Position numbers and translations under genes: made by a program. Below are positions 38,961 to 52,869 of a stretch of DNA of 64,000 nt, in pieces. A model generated the notes under the pieces. The model worked only from the letters and a program-made list of their open reading frames with translations. It did no database searches and had not been told where the DNA came from. Source of the stretch: Octopus sinensis (taxonomy: Eukaryota); NCBI RefSeq assembly GCF_006345805.1, contig NC_043000.1, positions 35,278,001 to 35,342,000 on the forward strand, in the 5' to 3' direction. How positions within the stretch are numbered: position 1 is the stretch's first letter; each line of letters opens with the position of its first letter.

Positions 38961-41308
38961 CATCAGATGTTGGTGCTTTCAGGCATCTTGTGGGGTCCAT
39001 GGGCCCTCCACCATCTCTCTCTCTCATGAAACCAATCTAAAAACATCTCTCACAGCTAAAAGTCTAATTATATTGAACAATCTCATATTTTCATCTACAA
39101 GATTATTATTGTAGTCTCCATGTTGCTAATAGTCTTACAAATATGAAAATATATTCTAGAATCAAGCTTTTTATTAAAAAATTTTTTTCAACATATTTAA
39201 TCAGGTTGGTTTTATAGTTTTTGGAATTCTGTGCAATAATAGGAACTGATTCTACAGAATTGTAGTGCTGTTAGGTTGACTGGCTGAATAGCTCAGCATT
39301 TCATCCAGGAAAAATATAAAGATGCTGTAAAAAAAAAAGACAAAAAAAATGAAAACAAAAATATTTAAATTGTCATATACCTTATACAAAATCATTGTCA
39401 ATTTTTTCTGGGTTTTTTTTTTTGTTTTTATTTGTTACCTTGCTCATCTTGTGTTGTGTTACCTGTGCTTGACATCGTTAGCAATCACTGTATTTTATAT
39501 TTCATAATTCTAACCAATGCTTCTCATTTGTCTTCATATTTCTCTTCGCAATCCTTTTTGTTTTACTCACAAATTTTCTTTGCAATCTTCCATCTTTTAC
39601 TTTTGAGCCATCTTCTTTCCATTCACATTTTTCTTTCCTGAAAATTAGAATTTCAAATTAAGTCTTATCCCATCAGAATAATTGCTATCTTTGTGGTAAT
39701 TCTTCAACATTTACTCATGTGCAGGAGCTCTCGTTTCCAACAGGCTTGAGAAACCATATTTCTAACTTCTACTCCATCTTGTTCTTCTACAATTCATGTA
39801 ATTCCATATAATTCTTACCAGAGATGTTATTAACAACATTATTATATGGTTTATTTAATTCCATTAAACATGGAAGAGTTTCTTGTCAGAGTTCTAAAAC
39901 TAAACATAATCTTTGACCTCACATACATGGATGGGGAAATTAGTTTCCATTCTCTAAAGCAGTTGCTTTTGCTGTTATTGTTTTAGTCCAAGTGAGTGAC
40001 CTTCCCATCCTATCGCATATCAAGAAATACAGTATTTAGTGTTACCTCTATTTAACATGATTGAATATAATTTGAGTGAGATTTTTCTGCTATTTCTAAT
40101 AGATCAGGGATCTGAGTGAGGGTTTCCCCTGCACTTGGAATGTATTTTTACCTTTTCTGGCGATAGAAATAAAAGCTGTCTCTTATCATAGCAGTCCTGT
40201 TTGGGTGAAATTAATAAACATTATTTCCAAAAAGAATGGCATTATAAGTCTAAACATCTTCAGTGGCATGTCGGTTACGTTGTTATCTACCAGACTCTTG
40301 CAGCAGATTAATATTTTAAGTCTTACAAGATGGGGAGTCTGCAGAATCATTATAATGTTTGGTAAAATGCTTAGCGGCATTTCATTCATCTGTATGTTCT
40401 GAGTTCAAATTCCACCGAAATTAACTTTCTTTCATCCTTTCAGCTGCTGGGGGTTAATGTAATTCACACATCTCCTACCTTGAGGTTGCTGGTCTTGTGC
40501 AAAAATTTGAAACCAATATTTTAAGTTGGTGATATAGAATCTCTCTTAAGGTTCCATTCTGGTTTGATTCCCTGAAACATCAGAATGAAATGCAATGTTG
40601 AATCTATCACTCCTTGATGCCATTCTTTACTTTATAATTTTATTCTTTGTTTTAACCAAAAACATTTCTTCTTGACCATGATTCTGAAATATAGCCTGAG
40701 AGAATCCTTTTATTGTCCGTAGACACCTAATATGTTGATTCGTCATGGTCTGGAATGTAGTCCAAACATTAAAGTCACATCCATCTAAAACAAAAAAAAA
40801 AATTATGCTTCATAAATCATTCTTTTAGTTTAATGCTAAAGATCTCCATTGTCTTCTGTCAGCTTCCCTCTGACATCATCATAATCATCATCATCATCAT
40901 CACAACCACCACCATCATTGTCCTAAGTGGCACACCCAGAAGACTAAAAGTTCCACATTATACTAATGATTAAATGTTATGTCTATAGTTGATTGTTTTG
41001 CATGGATTAGACAAATGTGTTGTTGTGACGTTGTTTTAGAGTGAGGTGCCCTTCCTGTTGCTAACCCTCATCTGGTTTTTAAGAAAGGAACCTCTTAATC
41101 TATTGGCTTTGAAGATATGAAACAAGCAGATGTTCACACACACACACACACACACACACACATGATTGTCTTCTTTCAGTTTCTGCCTATGAAATCAATT
41201 TCCAAGGCTTGGGGCTCATGGCTATTTGCCCAAGGCGCCTTACAGTTGAACTGAACCTGGAACCATGTGATTGGAAATAAAACATCTTAACCACACAACC
41301 ATGCCTGA

Positions 41309-41339
<31 letters not shown>

Positions 41340-42640
41340 GTGGTGTAGTTTGGACAAGTGGTCACTGTTCTTTGAACTGTAACACTTTGTCCAACTCATG
41401 CCATTATGGAAAAAGTGGATGATGATAATGAAGGTGATGATGTATTTGCGTATTTGTATCTCTTTGTATGCATAGAATTACCTTCCTGTCTGTCTGTCTC
41501 TCCCTCTTTATATGTGTGTGTCTCTTTGTGTTTGTGTCTTATACATTTATGTTTGTCAAAATAGATGTGAGTTTGTGATATTCATGCAGTACCTTCAATA
41601 TCCCAGTAATTAACTGTTCTCTGTGTCTTCCCTCTGGTACACAACCTCAGTATTTTCCTACCTGAAAACAAACAGCAATCTTTATATTTTTCCTACAGTC
41701 GATATCATTAGACCAGCATTTAGTAACCACTGGTAAAGTGAAGCTATCAATTCATTTATTATTATTATTATTATTATCATTATTATTATTATTATTATTA
41801 TCATTATTATTTTTTTTTTGTGTGTATGTAAGTTCGGCTTTTTAATAAATTTCTTTTTTTTTTTCTTTTTGACTGTGCATGTTTCATGATTAAAATCCCT
41901 GAGCAGAGTTTAAGTTGTAGCAAAAACTAATGACAGAGTCTCTATTGAAGGCATGTATGGTACATGTGTATTTATATATGCACGCACACACACACACACG
42001 CACACATTTTGTATGTGCCTATGAGCATGTCAGCTCATCACCCTTAAAATGTCTCTGAGATGTCATTGGAAATTATCTAAAGAGTTTGTGTGGGTGCATG
42101 CATGCGTGTGAGTGAGGGTGAGAGAGAGAGAGAAATATGATACATACAATAAAGAAAATATATCTGCAAGTCTGTAAAAATGCATTTTGCCTTCATTTGA
42201 TTTTTTTGCTGAAATTTTTATGGGACTTGATTCTAGTAAATATTCTTTTTTGTTAAAGTTTATATTTGACAGCAAGAAATGAACCGAAAGAAAATGGGTT
42301 CATTTTCTTGTCAAATAAAGGCAGAATTTCAAAGCCACTTCACTTACTCCACCAGTTATTAATCTAAACACCAAGTCAAACCTATTTGCAGATTCATAAA
42401 ATTTATTCTTCTCAAGATTTCTATTGTTATATTTCAAAATTTTCAAATATTTATCTGAAGCCATTAATTTGTATGGTTCTTTGGTCATTCCTGGTTTTAG
42501 CTACCAAACAGTCTGAGCCAGAAAGTGTTCTACTATAATTGAAGTAAAGAACAGTGAAGATGGTCAGACTGTATGAATCTAGTATAGGGACATAGCATTT
42601 TGAGCTCAAATCTTGCTGAGGTTGACCTGGTTCGATACAT

Positions 42641-43196
42641 TAAATACCAGTAATACACCAGGCTACATGATTATCATTTATCTTTTACTTGAACCAAAGA
42701 ATCTCACTCCTGAACATCTAAATAAAAGGGACTACTTTCCCTTAACCCTTTCATTACTGTATTTATTTTGAGATGCTCTGTGTTTGTTTCAATTACTTTT
42801 AAATATAACAAAGAATTTAGTAGAATAACTTAGTTATCATTCAGCTAGTGTTAGGAACATAAATTGTGACTAAGGTTTGGTGGAAGATTTTAATTCAAAA
42901 CTTATGAAAACAAGACATTTGTACTCAGAGCCAGAGCCGGTTTTAGCCGGATTGGTTACGAAAGGGTTAAATACCATATTAGAATGACAGCCTGCTCAAC
43001 CAGCTTAAACTCTGCTTGTGTTACTTTTTTAAATACCAGTAATACACCAGGCTACATGATTATCATTTATCTTCTACTTGAACCAAAGAATCTCATTCCT
43101 GAACATCTAAATAATAGGGACCACTTCTCCTTAAATACCATATTAGGACAACAGCCTGCTCAAACAGCTTAAACTCTGCTTGTGTTATTTTTTTTT
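42641..43196 (+). repeat. ~165-bp tandem duplication, first unit interrupted by a MITE
   Basis: taaataccagtaatacaccaggctacatg...TTAA...ataccatattag...actctgcttgtgtta starts at both 42641 and 43030. Confidence 0.9.
42746..42966 (+). mobile_element. piggyBac-type MITE
   Basis: TTAA-CCCTTTC...GAAAGGG-TTAA. The empty TTAA site is visible in the adjacent duplicate unit, and a second copy lies at 59664. Confidence 0.9.
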
Positions 43197-43278
43197 CCGT
43201 TTTATTTTTCAAAGTTTTTAGTTGTTATTATTTCAGTAGATCTCGTAGTAAAGTGGATGTTATGTGTTCTCTGCTTAG

Positions 43279-43719
<441 letters not shown>

Positions 43720-44419
43720 TAACTATTCTCCCCCCACCACCGCCATACAAACTCTAAAGCTCAGAAAAAAGTTCAGTCTTTGTTAACCTCACCACATTAC
43801 TTCAATTATTACAAAAAGAAAAGAAAAAAAAATTTTAACGTTTTTCTCTTAAATATTTTATATAAATTTTTAAAAACTATTTATTTTTGTCTTTTTCTTA
43901 AGTTAATTTCTTTTAGAAAGTTTTTTTTTTCCTTTTCATTTTACATGTGAGAGTTTATATGAGTATGTACTCATGTATGTTTATATACTGTTTGCATGTG
44001 TGAGCAAAGGTGTATGTATGTATATATATATATTATATATATATATTATATATATATATATATTTGTGTGTGTGTGTGTGTTCATCCATACTTGTCTGTC
44101 GATTCATTTATCTCTTAATTTCCTTCCAAGTAAATATTTAGAAAGTCTTGCAGAATTACATCTTATAAATTTCCTACATTGTCTTCTTTTCCAGTAGTTT
44201 TGATGCTAAATAATTTTGTATTTGCCTCAAGGTTTCTTTTTGTCTTCTACTAGTTCCAACCAATGGCTTGGTGTGTGTGTGGGGGGGGGGGATTCCTTCA
44301 TCTGGCGCTTGTTGTTGCCACTATGCTTAAATCTTTCAATCTTTCTCTCATACAGTTTTTATAGGAACCAAGTAAATATTAACATTAATAATAATTATAA
44401 TAATAATAATAATAATGAT

Positions 44420-44865
44420 AATGATTTATTTTATTTGCCACCAGGGTGAAGGATGAGGCGGGGCAATAGAAAGACAGACATAAAGTGTTGAGGTTTACAT
44501 ATAATGGAATAATTAAAGCAAACGAAGTATACATGGTGTACAATAAACAAAGGAAGGCAATATACAGTAGTAAGAAACAAAAAAGATGATAGTGATGTGG
44601 TCCTCCTGATACAGGAAGACTTCTAGGGAAAATTGTTGAACCCTACCATCCAAGATCTCCTTGAACACCAAGGGCAAGCACCTTCTCCAACTCACGGGTC
44701 AGTGGAGGGGAATTGGAGAAGTAGCACCCACTCTTGCCAATAAATTCAACCAAGGACCGCATCTCTCTACGCTCACTTTTCTTTCCAAGTGAAACTTAAA
44801 AAAGTTGATGAGGCCTCCACCAAAGAGGAATGCATCTATCCTCATGCCTTTCAACCTCGTCACTA
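44420..44865 (-). mobile_element. Possible L1/Tx1-like LINE 3' fragment
   Basis: Minus-strand peptide TRLKGMRIDAFLFGGGLINFFKFHLERKVSVER resembles Tx1-type ORF2 C-termini. A-rich 3' end. Confidence 0.35.
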
Positions 44866-44944
44866 ACAACATTGATATCAGCAGCCATAATAATAGATAA
44901 TAATGCCAATAATAATAACCGCAACAATAATAATAATAATAATA

Positions 44945-45623
44945 ATCCTTTCTACTATAGGCACAAGGCCTGAAATTTGGGGTGGGGGACTAGTTGATTA
45001 CAGTGACCCCAGTATTTCATAACCCCAAAAAGATGAAAGGCAAAGTTGGCCATGGTGAAATTTGAACTACCAAACATAAGGACAGACAAAATGCTGCTAA
45101 GCATTTTCCTGCTGTGCTAACAATTCTGCCAGCTCACCACCTTAATAATAATAATAATAATAGTAGTAGTAGTAATCGATAACAATAACAGCAATAATAA
45201 TCCTTTCGACCACAAGCACAAAGCCAGAAATTTTTGCAGGAGGGGATTTGTTGATTACATTGACCCCAGTGCACAACTGGTATTTATTTAACTGACACCA
45301 AAATGATGAAATGATGGAATTTCAACTCATAATGTAAAAATGAATGAAATTCCACTCAGCAATTTGTCCAACATGCTAATTAATAATTCTGCCAATTTAC
45401 TGCCTTAACAACAAGAACAATAATGATGATGATGATGACAATAACAAGATAATCCTTTCTACTAAAGGCACAAAGCCTGAAATTTTGGGGAAGGGGATTA
45501 CTCAATGACATCAAGCCCAGTGTTTCACTGGTACTTAATTGACCCCTAAAGGATGAAAGGCAAAGATTGAAATGCTAATAAGCATTTTGCCTGGCATGTT
45601 AACAATTCTGCCAGCTCACTGCC

Positions 45624-45625
<2 letters not shown>
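44945..45625 (-). mobile_element. Three tandem family-B SINEs
   Basis: Copies start atcctttc(t/g)ac at about 44945, 45200 and 45451, separated by (AAT)n. Confidence 0.8.
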
Positions 45626-45659
<34 letters not shown>

Positions 45660-47699
45660 GATATCCACAAAAGGGAAATCAAACCCTAAGAACTTAAATT
45701 TTAACAGGTTGTTGTGGTGACATTGAATTGGGATAGAGTGCTAGGGGCTTGCTTAATTCAGATCAAGGAGATAATACTAAGACAATTAGAAGGGAAGACC
45801 AATTATGTAGATGGAAGGAGAACTGAAAAATGCCCTGAAAGATAGCAAAAACGATAAATGGTAATTGGTATTCACAAATTACCATTTACACAAATAGGAA
45901 ATGAGATTAAGTAAATGAGTAAACTCTACGCCTGTATTGAGTACAATTTGTGTCTCTTTTGCAAATTCAAATACTTATGGCGTGTTGTGTGTCTATTGTA
46001 GAGAAAATAAATCTTACGGTCTTGTGTAAGGTTAGTAAATTTGATGTTTGTATTGAACGTTGAAAAGGTTTATGATATTAGAAGGACTGTTCCAAGTGAC
46101 TGCAATAGATGTGATAAGAGGACAACTGGGTATTTCGGGTGAGTTTAAGGTTATTCTGGTACACGGTTTGTTGCTTCTGATGATTAACTGTTAGATTACT
46201 TGGTTATGTTGTTGTTGTGGATGTAATCATTATGATTGTTGTTAAAAATTGTTGCTTTTATTGATGTTGTGAGATGACCAGAAATGCAGTTTCAGTTCTT
46301 CTAGTTACTTCCATTATACTATAATTCATATTTTATGATCTTATCAGCATTGTCTTGGATAGATATTAAATTTTCAGGGAACATTATTTTATGAAATTCC
46401 AGCATATTCTTTAAAAAAAAATTTTGCCATTTTTGATTGGTTTAAAAATCTTGAATGTTGACCATAAACCTTGTGAGGGGCAAGATTCTCTGTTAATCCT
46501 TCTATTTTGACTTGAATCATCTCTCTGCTCAACCAATCAAATTCTTGTTGAGCTAACACACTTTAAGAGTTATTACTTTCACAATTTGTGGCCATTCTTC
46601 ATGCTAAAAATAGAAATCAAGTGACTTTAAATTCATTTTATTTTACCATCTAGGTATTGGTCTTTAAATATCTTTACTTACAATTTTTTTTGTTTTAATT
46701 GTATCCCATTATCTCTTTTACAACTTTAATGATCTTAACTTTAATCTTTCTTCCTACAAAAATTGAATTTTGCATCAATCTTAAAGTACAAAATTGCAAA
46801 GTGTTGCTTTTTTTCCTCTCCCCTCAATCCTTTGTGTCCTAATGTTCCTATTTGCCTGCACTTCTAGGTTTACCTCTTGCAAATTCTTCAGATGTAAATC
46901 ACTGTCTGTCAATTACAGACCAACAACATTTTAGATATCTTACATATATGGTATTCTAATCTGACTAACTTCAAGGACATATGAGGCTACATTGAAAGAA
47001 AGTCTGTTAGACTTTCCTCCAGCAATCCTTTATAACCACAGGCCTACTTTCAAATGTCTTTCACTCTTTCTCTTCTCCTAAATATTTATTATTTTTCCCT
47101 GACCCCTTTTAATTAAATTTTTCCTTCTCACAGCATCTTTGTAGATTAATCCTTTTATTCTTCATCTCCCACCCATTACACACCTCTTGAATTTAGTTTA
47201 CAATTTTCCATCAACTATTAATCTCCAGTCATTACAATTAAACTTAATTTTTCTCTAAACTCATCAACCATTTTAGTGTAGGAGCGTCGTAACCAATTAT
47301 GAGTCTTCACAGGTTATGAGTCTTAACAGGTTATGAGTCTAAACAGGTTATGAGCCAGCATGGAAAAATGAATGTCAAATGATGATGGATGAGGATATAC
47401 AGTGTGCTTCTTTCAGTTTCCATCTATCAAATTAACTCCCAAGACCTTAGTTGGACTGGGTCTATTGTAGAAGATGCACTTGCCCCAGGTGTCATGCAGT
47501 GGGACTGAACTTGGAACAATGTGATTGGGAATTGAACTTCTTAACCAGACAGCCACATCTGGTACATAGTGTTAGAAAATGAAAGAAACCATTTCCTTTG
47601 AGTATCCATTCAGTTGGTTTCAAGACTTCACATTCTAGAACAGAATTAAAAAAAGTAAACATCATAAACTCAAACTAACAACAACCTTTATATCATTAA

Positions 47700-48105
47700 T
47701 AATGATTCTTGGTTTAGACACTGGGTTAGTAAGTTTTGATGGGGAGGGTGTGCTGTCAACACTGTCAAATCTAGTACTTGACTGCTACTTTATCTAAAGA
47801 ATGAAAGGCAAAGTTGATGCTGGTGTGATTTGAACTCAGAATGTGAAGAACACTGGAATACGACAAAGCAGTTTTCCCAATGCTTTAATGACTTTGCCAA
47901 ATTATTTTTGTTATTGTCATCGTTGTAATGACAAAATCGTTAAGGTATTGGATGAAATGCCTTGGAGCATTTTTCTGAGTTTTTATATTCTGAGATCAAA
48001 TCTCATTGCGTTTAATTTTATCTTTCATCCCTCAAGGGTCAATAAAATAAAGTAGCAATCAATCACTGGCACTGGCACAGAAATTTGAGAGTGAGATTTT
48101 GAAAC

Positions 48106-48144
<39 letters not shown>

Positions 48145-49780
48145 TATTATTGAAAAAAGGTCAGGTTTGGTCCTGTTCCTGGTAGGGTTTATGTGGGTAG
48201 CAAGTTGCTACCAGTAACCTTAGGTATCCACACATTTTTGGCTATCTTTCAAGTGCTTAGAAACCTGATAATCCCTGTTCTCCCTAAGAGGAAAACTTTC
48301 TGTAGGAGCTCTACTGGGAATTCTATTTCAATCTCCTTCAGTCATTTGCCTGCATCTCTGCTTACTGTTCCCAACACACCAATTATTATAGGCATGACCT
48401 TTACCGTTCTCATGCTCCAAATTCTTCTTCTTATTATTATTATTGTTATTATTATTTAGCAAAGTTGGTGAGCTGGCAGAACCATTACCATACTGGCGTA
48501 ATGGTTGGTAGCATTTACATTCTGAGCCCAAATTCCGTCAAGGTTGATTGTGCTGCTCCTCCTTTTAGGGTTGATGAAATAAGTACCAGTTGAGCACTGG
48601 GGTCAATTTCATCAACCAGCTCCCTCACCCAAAATTTCTGGCCTTGAGCCTATTGTTGGATGTAATCGGCTTACTCTGTCATTGGGGTCAGTAATATCGA
48701 GTAATCCCCCCACCCCCGTGCCTAATCAGAAACAATTGTTTAAGAATAATGGATTACCAGAACCATTAGAGCGTTGGATAAAATATCTTGAGGAATTTTT
48801 TCCAGTTTTCATATTCTGTGTTCAAATCCTGCTGAGGTCAACTTGGCTTGTCATCTTTTCAGGATCAGTAAGTTAAAGTACTGTTCAAGTTTTGGGATCA
48901 GTGTAACTGACTGTCCCCATTTTCTCAATTTCTGCTCTTCTGACTATGTTAGAAACATCATCATCATCATCATTATTATTATTATTATCATTGAGAGAGA
49001 GAGAGAGAGAGAGAGCAATTCTTGCCATTAATGTGATGCTGGGGTACAAATATGCGAAGACTAATATACTCATCATGACTACTTGTCTGATGAAGGTTCG
49101 CCAGGCACATGCATCACAACCATATGTGTACAACATGATGACCTCAAATCAAAATAAATAGCACATGACTTTCAGGTGGGGACTAGTTAGTTAGGCTTTC
49201 CTTCAGGTTGAATAGCTCATCTGCTCAAAAGGTTCATGAATAAGGGTTGTTTAAGAACAATGAATAAAAAACCCATGTTTCCAGAGGTGAATTATCCAAA
49301 CCCCAAAGAATCCCTCTCATCACATGATGCTCCCCCACTACTTCTGCTCATGATCAGAGATGCACATATTGTCATCCACTAAGGGACATGCTCAACTGGT
49401 TAAGATCAAACAACTGACGAGCAAATCTGCAGTACTGAGCAGAATATTTGCTGTAGCCCATCTTTTATAACAAGACAAACCAATGTACATGATAACACTT
49501 CCAATCAGTTAAGATCAGAAGCCATGAGAACCATTGCCTAATGGGCAATAATAATAATAATAATTATTATTATTATTTTTAAGGTGGTGAGTTGAGAGAA
49601 TTGTTAGCATAGTAGACAAAATGTTTGGTGGCATTTCTGAGTTTAAATTCCACCGAGGTCAGCTTTACTTTTCACCCTTTCAGGGTCGATAAATTAAGTA
49701 ACAATGAAACACTAGGGTTGATGTAATTAACTAGTCTCTTCCTCCAAAATTTCAGGCTTTGTGCTTATAGTAGAAAGGAT
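47700..49780. mobile_element. Family-B SINE cluster (one - copy, then about four + copies) with nested LINE pieces
   Basis: Minus copy at ~47700-47900. Plus copies at ~47930-48060, 48460-48655, 48750-48955 and 49580-49780. Confidence 0.7.
48151..48430 (-). mobile_element. R4/Dong-clade (RLE) LINE 3' fragment
   Basis: The minus strand gives WSMRTVKVMPIIIGVLGTV...LLQKVFLLGRTGIIR, matching the RLE C-terminal pattern VVPxVIGxLG...LQKxxLLGT. Flanked on both sides by (ATT)n. Confidence 0.6.
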
Positions 49781-50042
49781 TATTATTATTATCATTATTA
49801 TTAGCATATATAACTTTTGATCTTGAGTTTAAATCTTACACGAATCAACTTTGCCTTTTATCTTTCCTTGCTAATTATTTTACTATTGATATGTAATTGC
49901 CTCTGTCCCCTGTAGGATATTACTGGTACTTGCTATCCTGAAAGGGAGAAGCAGCACCAATCCGATACACAATATTGGAACTGTGTGTGTGTATAACATG
50001 TACAATAAAAAATTTATATACGTTCATGGTGGTATTGGAACA

Positions 50043-50580
50043 TGGTACTTAAGAGGAGAGAATCACTTCTCGGTTTATTTTTCTTGTTGCATCTCACTCT
50101 CTCTATTCACTTAAGTAGGAATGTTCTGTCGGAACAAACTATACTGTTGTAGTTGCTATGAGAGAGACTATCTTATCAACTGCTAGTGATAGCAGTGACT
50201 CCTCTCCCTGCCAGAGCAGGTGCTTGTGGGCTTGTTAAAAAGCTTGCTGAAGAAGCTCACTGGCTAATTGCATCATTAGCACCTGTTTTGGCACTGTTAT
50301 TCAATACATCACTGGCAGGGAGATGATTTACTGCCCTCTCTAGCGGCTAAGTGTCCATCATTGACAAGACCAAGGAAGGTTGAAATTACATAAACTGGTA
50401 GTCTTGGTGCTGGAGGTGGTGAGAATTTGTCTCCCCTGCTAGTGATATAAACAAGCGTGCATTGTGCACCAAAAGCCAATACGAGAGTTTCTCTCATGGC
50501 ATCTATTGCAGTATAGTCTGTTCTAACAGAACATCCACAATCAAATGGGAATAGATATTACTTCTCCGTATTAATACTGC
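50043..50580. mobile_element. Old MITE with degenerate inverted arms
   Basis: atgttctgtcggaacaaactatactg...gctatgagagagact (50120-50170) pairs with agtttctctcatggc...cagtatagtctgttctaacagaacat (50488-50534). Confidence 0.55.
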
Positions 50581-50840
50581 CTCTGTCACTGATATCTTTC
50601 TGTCAATTGATTCATTAGATAAACAGTGGAAAATGGTACTCAGCACATTTGTTAGGAGTTACATATATTGGTAATGACAGTCTGACTGAACTCTGTATGA
50701 CTTAAGAATTTTATGGGCATATAGAACATGTCCATCTCATCCGATATCAGAAGACTTTCTTCTCTTATATGATGAGATGGATGCATCCTCTGCACCCACA
50801 AAACTTGTAAGTCATATGAAGCAGAGTCAAACTGTTATTT

Positions 50841-50878
<38 letters not shown>

Positions 50879-51063
50879 TATGTATGTATATATATATATA
50901 TATGTATGTGTATGGTGAAATAGAAAGATGAATAATCTTGTTGCAGATTAATCAAAAGTTAAACCGATACCTTGGTAGCAAAAATCACAGCAGAAGAAAG
51001 CACGGTTGGAGGTACAACCATATGATGTTGCAACCGTGCGTTGGTGCGGATAATTGAATTTTA

Positions 51064-51292
51064 ATATTATTAGTGAATTGAAGAAATGGAGTTGAACGAA
51101 GATTGAACAGAAATCCTTTTATTGCATTCTACACGTGTTTCGAAAGCCACAATTTACCAAATTCCAAATTACCAAATTCCTTATTCAATCAGAATTTGGT
51201 AAATTGTGGCTTTCGAAACACGTGTAGAATGCAATAAAATGATTTCTGTTCAATCTTCGTTCAACTCCATTTCTTCAATTCACTAATAATAT
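51064..51292. repeat. Near-perfect inverted repeat (~101-bp arms, ~27-nt loop), Penelope pLTR-like
   Basis: 51064-51164 versus 51192-51292, with about one mismatch by eye. Contains CGAAACACGTGTAG...AATAAA. Confidence 0.9.
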
Positions 51293-51306
51293 ATATATAT
51301 ATATAT

Positions 51307-51553
51307 CCGGTGGCATGTAAAAAGCACCATTCGAGCGTGATTGTTACCAGCGTCACCTTACTAGCACTTGTGCCGGTGTGCAGGTGACATGTAAAAAAAA
51401 AAGCACGATTTTCCGTGACCATTGCCAGTACCACCTAACTGGCCCTCTGCCAAATCAAGATTGGAGCCTGGTGCAGCCATCTGGTTCGCCAGTCCTCAGT
51501 CAAATCGTCCAACCCATGCTAGCATGGAAAGTGGACATTAAATGATGATGATG
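51307..51553 (+). mobile_element. SINE-like repeat, family A
   Basis: ccggtggcatgtaaaaagcacc...ccatgctagcatggaaa...gatgatg. Confidence 0.8.
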
Positions 51554-51556
51554 TTG

Positions 51557-51587
<31 letters not shown>

Positions 51588-52869
51588 CTTTTGAGCATCA
51601 CATCATTGATGTGTTCAATACTGTGACAGGTAACATGGTTTGAAAGGGGCCACTAGATCCTAGAAATACCTCATGCTTCACTGTCCACATTGGCACGGTT
51701 TCTATCTCTGGATGCCCTTCCTGAGGCAAAACCCCTTTATGGCATGTGCTGGGTACTCTTTACCAGCACTAGTGAGGTGGTTGTCATATAACTTACAAAA
51801 CTCTGAACCCTGGGAGGGCCAACTTTATGCTGTAAAATGAGGGAAGGGGCCAAGGCTGAACAAGTTTCTTGATGTAGAAGATCTATATGGTTACTGTCTT
51901 ATTGCAAGAGAATACACGCACACACACACACAATACATGTGTATGTATGTATGTGCATATATATATATATATATATATATACATATCCAAACTGAGGGAG
52001 TGGAACTTGTAAAATGCAAGCCACATATGTTTCCTAGCTAAGTGAAGCTCACAGTGTAATAGTTATGTAATGTGTGTAACTCTTTGTTACCAATGAATTA
52101 TTGTTTCTTGTACGCTTTCCACATTCGTTCTCTATACCTGCCATTCACTGCTTGAAGCTTACCAACTTCCTACACTTGGATCCCCAGGTTGTATCTCTCT
52201 CAACATATATATATCAGTGATTAGTTTTAATTATTGCAGAATAATAGTTGGAGGGAAATTGCTAAATTAGAGATTCTAGAAGGTGATAAGAAGAAAGTTA
52301 CAGCTGAGGTTTGATTACAGAGCTTAGAGGATTAATCTATTAATCTGTTAGAGATGTTGTAAGAAAGCAACGTTTAATCCAATTTACATCTGATTTATTT
52401 TGCATAAGATTGAATTCTCTGATACCAAGTCAACTCCTTTGGTTGCTTTAGTATTTCAAACATGCTGAGAGGGGGTTCTTGCCCACCAGTTGCATGAATA
52501 GTTCTATATAATCAGTGTTTTTAATTCTCTATATCAAACAATGAGAAACTGAACATGTATTTAATATACAAAGACATGTGATGTAGTCTTTCTCAGCCAT
52601 ATTGTTACTATCCATAACCAGCCTCACTACATCCCATCTGTTTATATATTTATTGATTTCTTATTGCCTGCTGAGTAGAATAATAATCACTAAGGAGGAC
52701 TGATAAGACTGAAACAAGTCTCTTATAAAGATAACAATATCCACTCATATTTCTCTGAGATATTTAGAAATTTAATATTTCTAAAATCCACTCCAATTTG
52801 CATTGTCTTTATTTTCTCAAACTTTGCACTGTTATCATTAAAGTTATCTCCTTTCTCTATAATATTGAT

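Noticed and set aside
49090-49115. CTGATGAAGGTTCGCC as another hammerhead
   Set aside because: No GAAA or stem I partner follows. It lies in an unclassified interspersed repeat.
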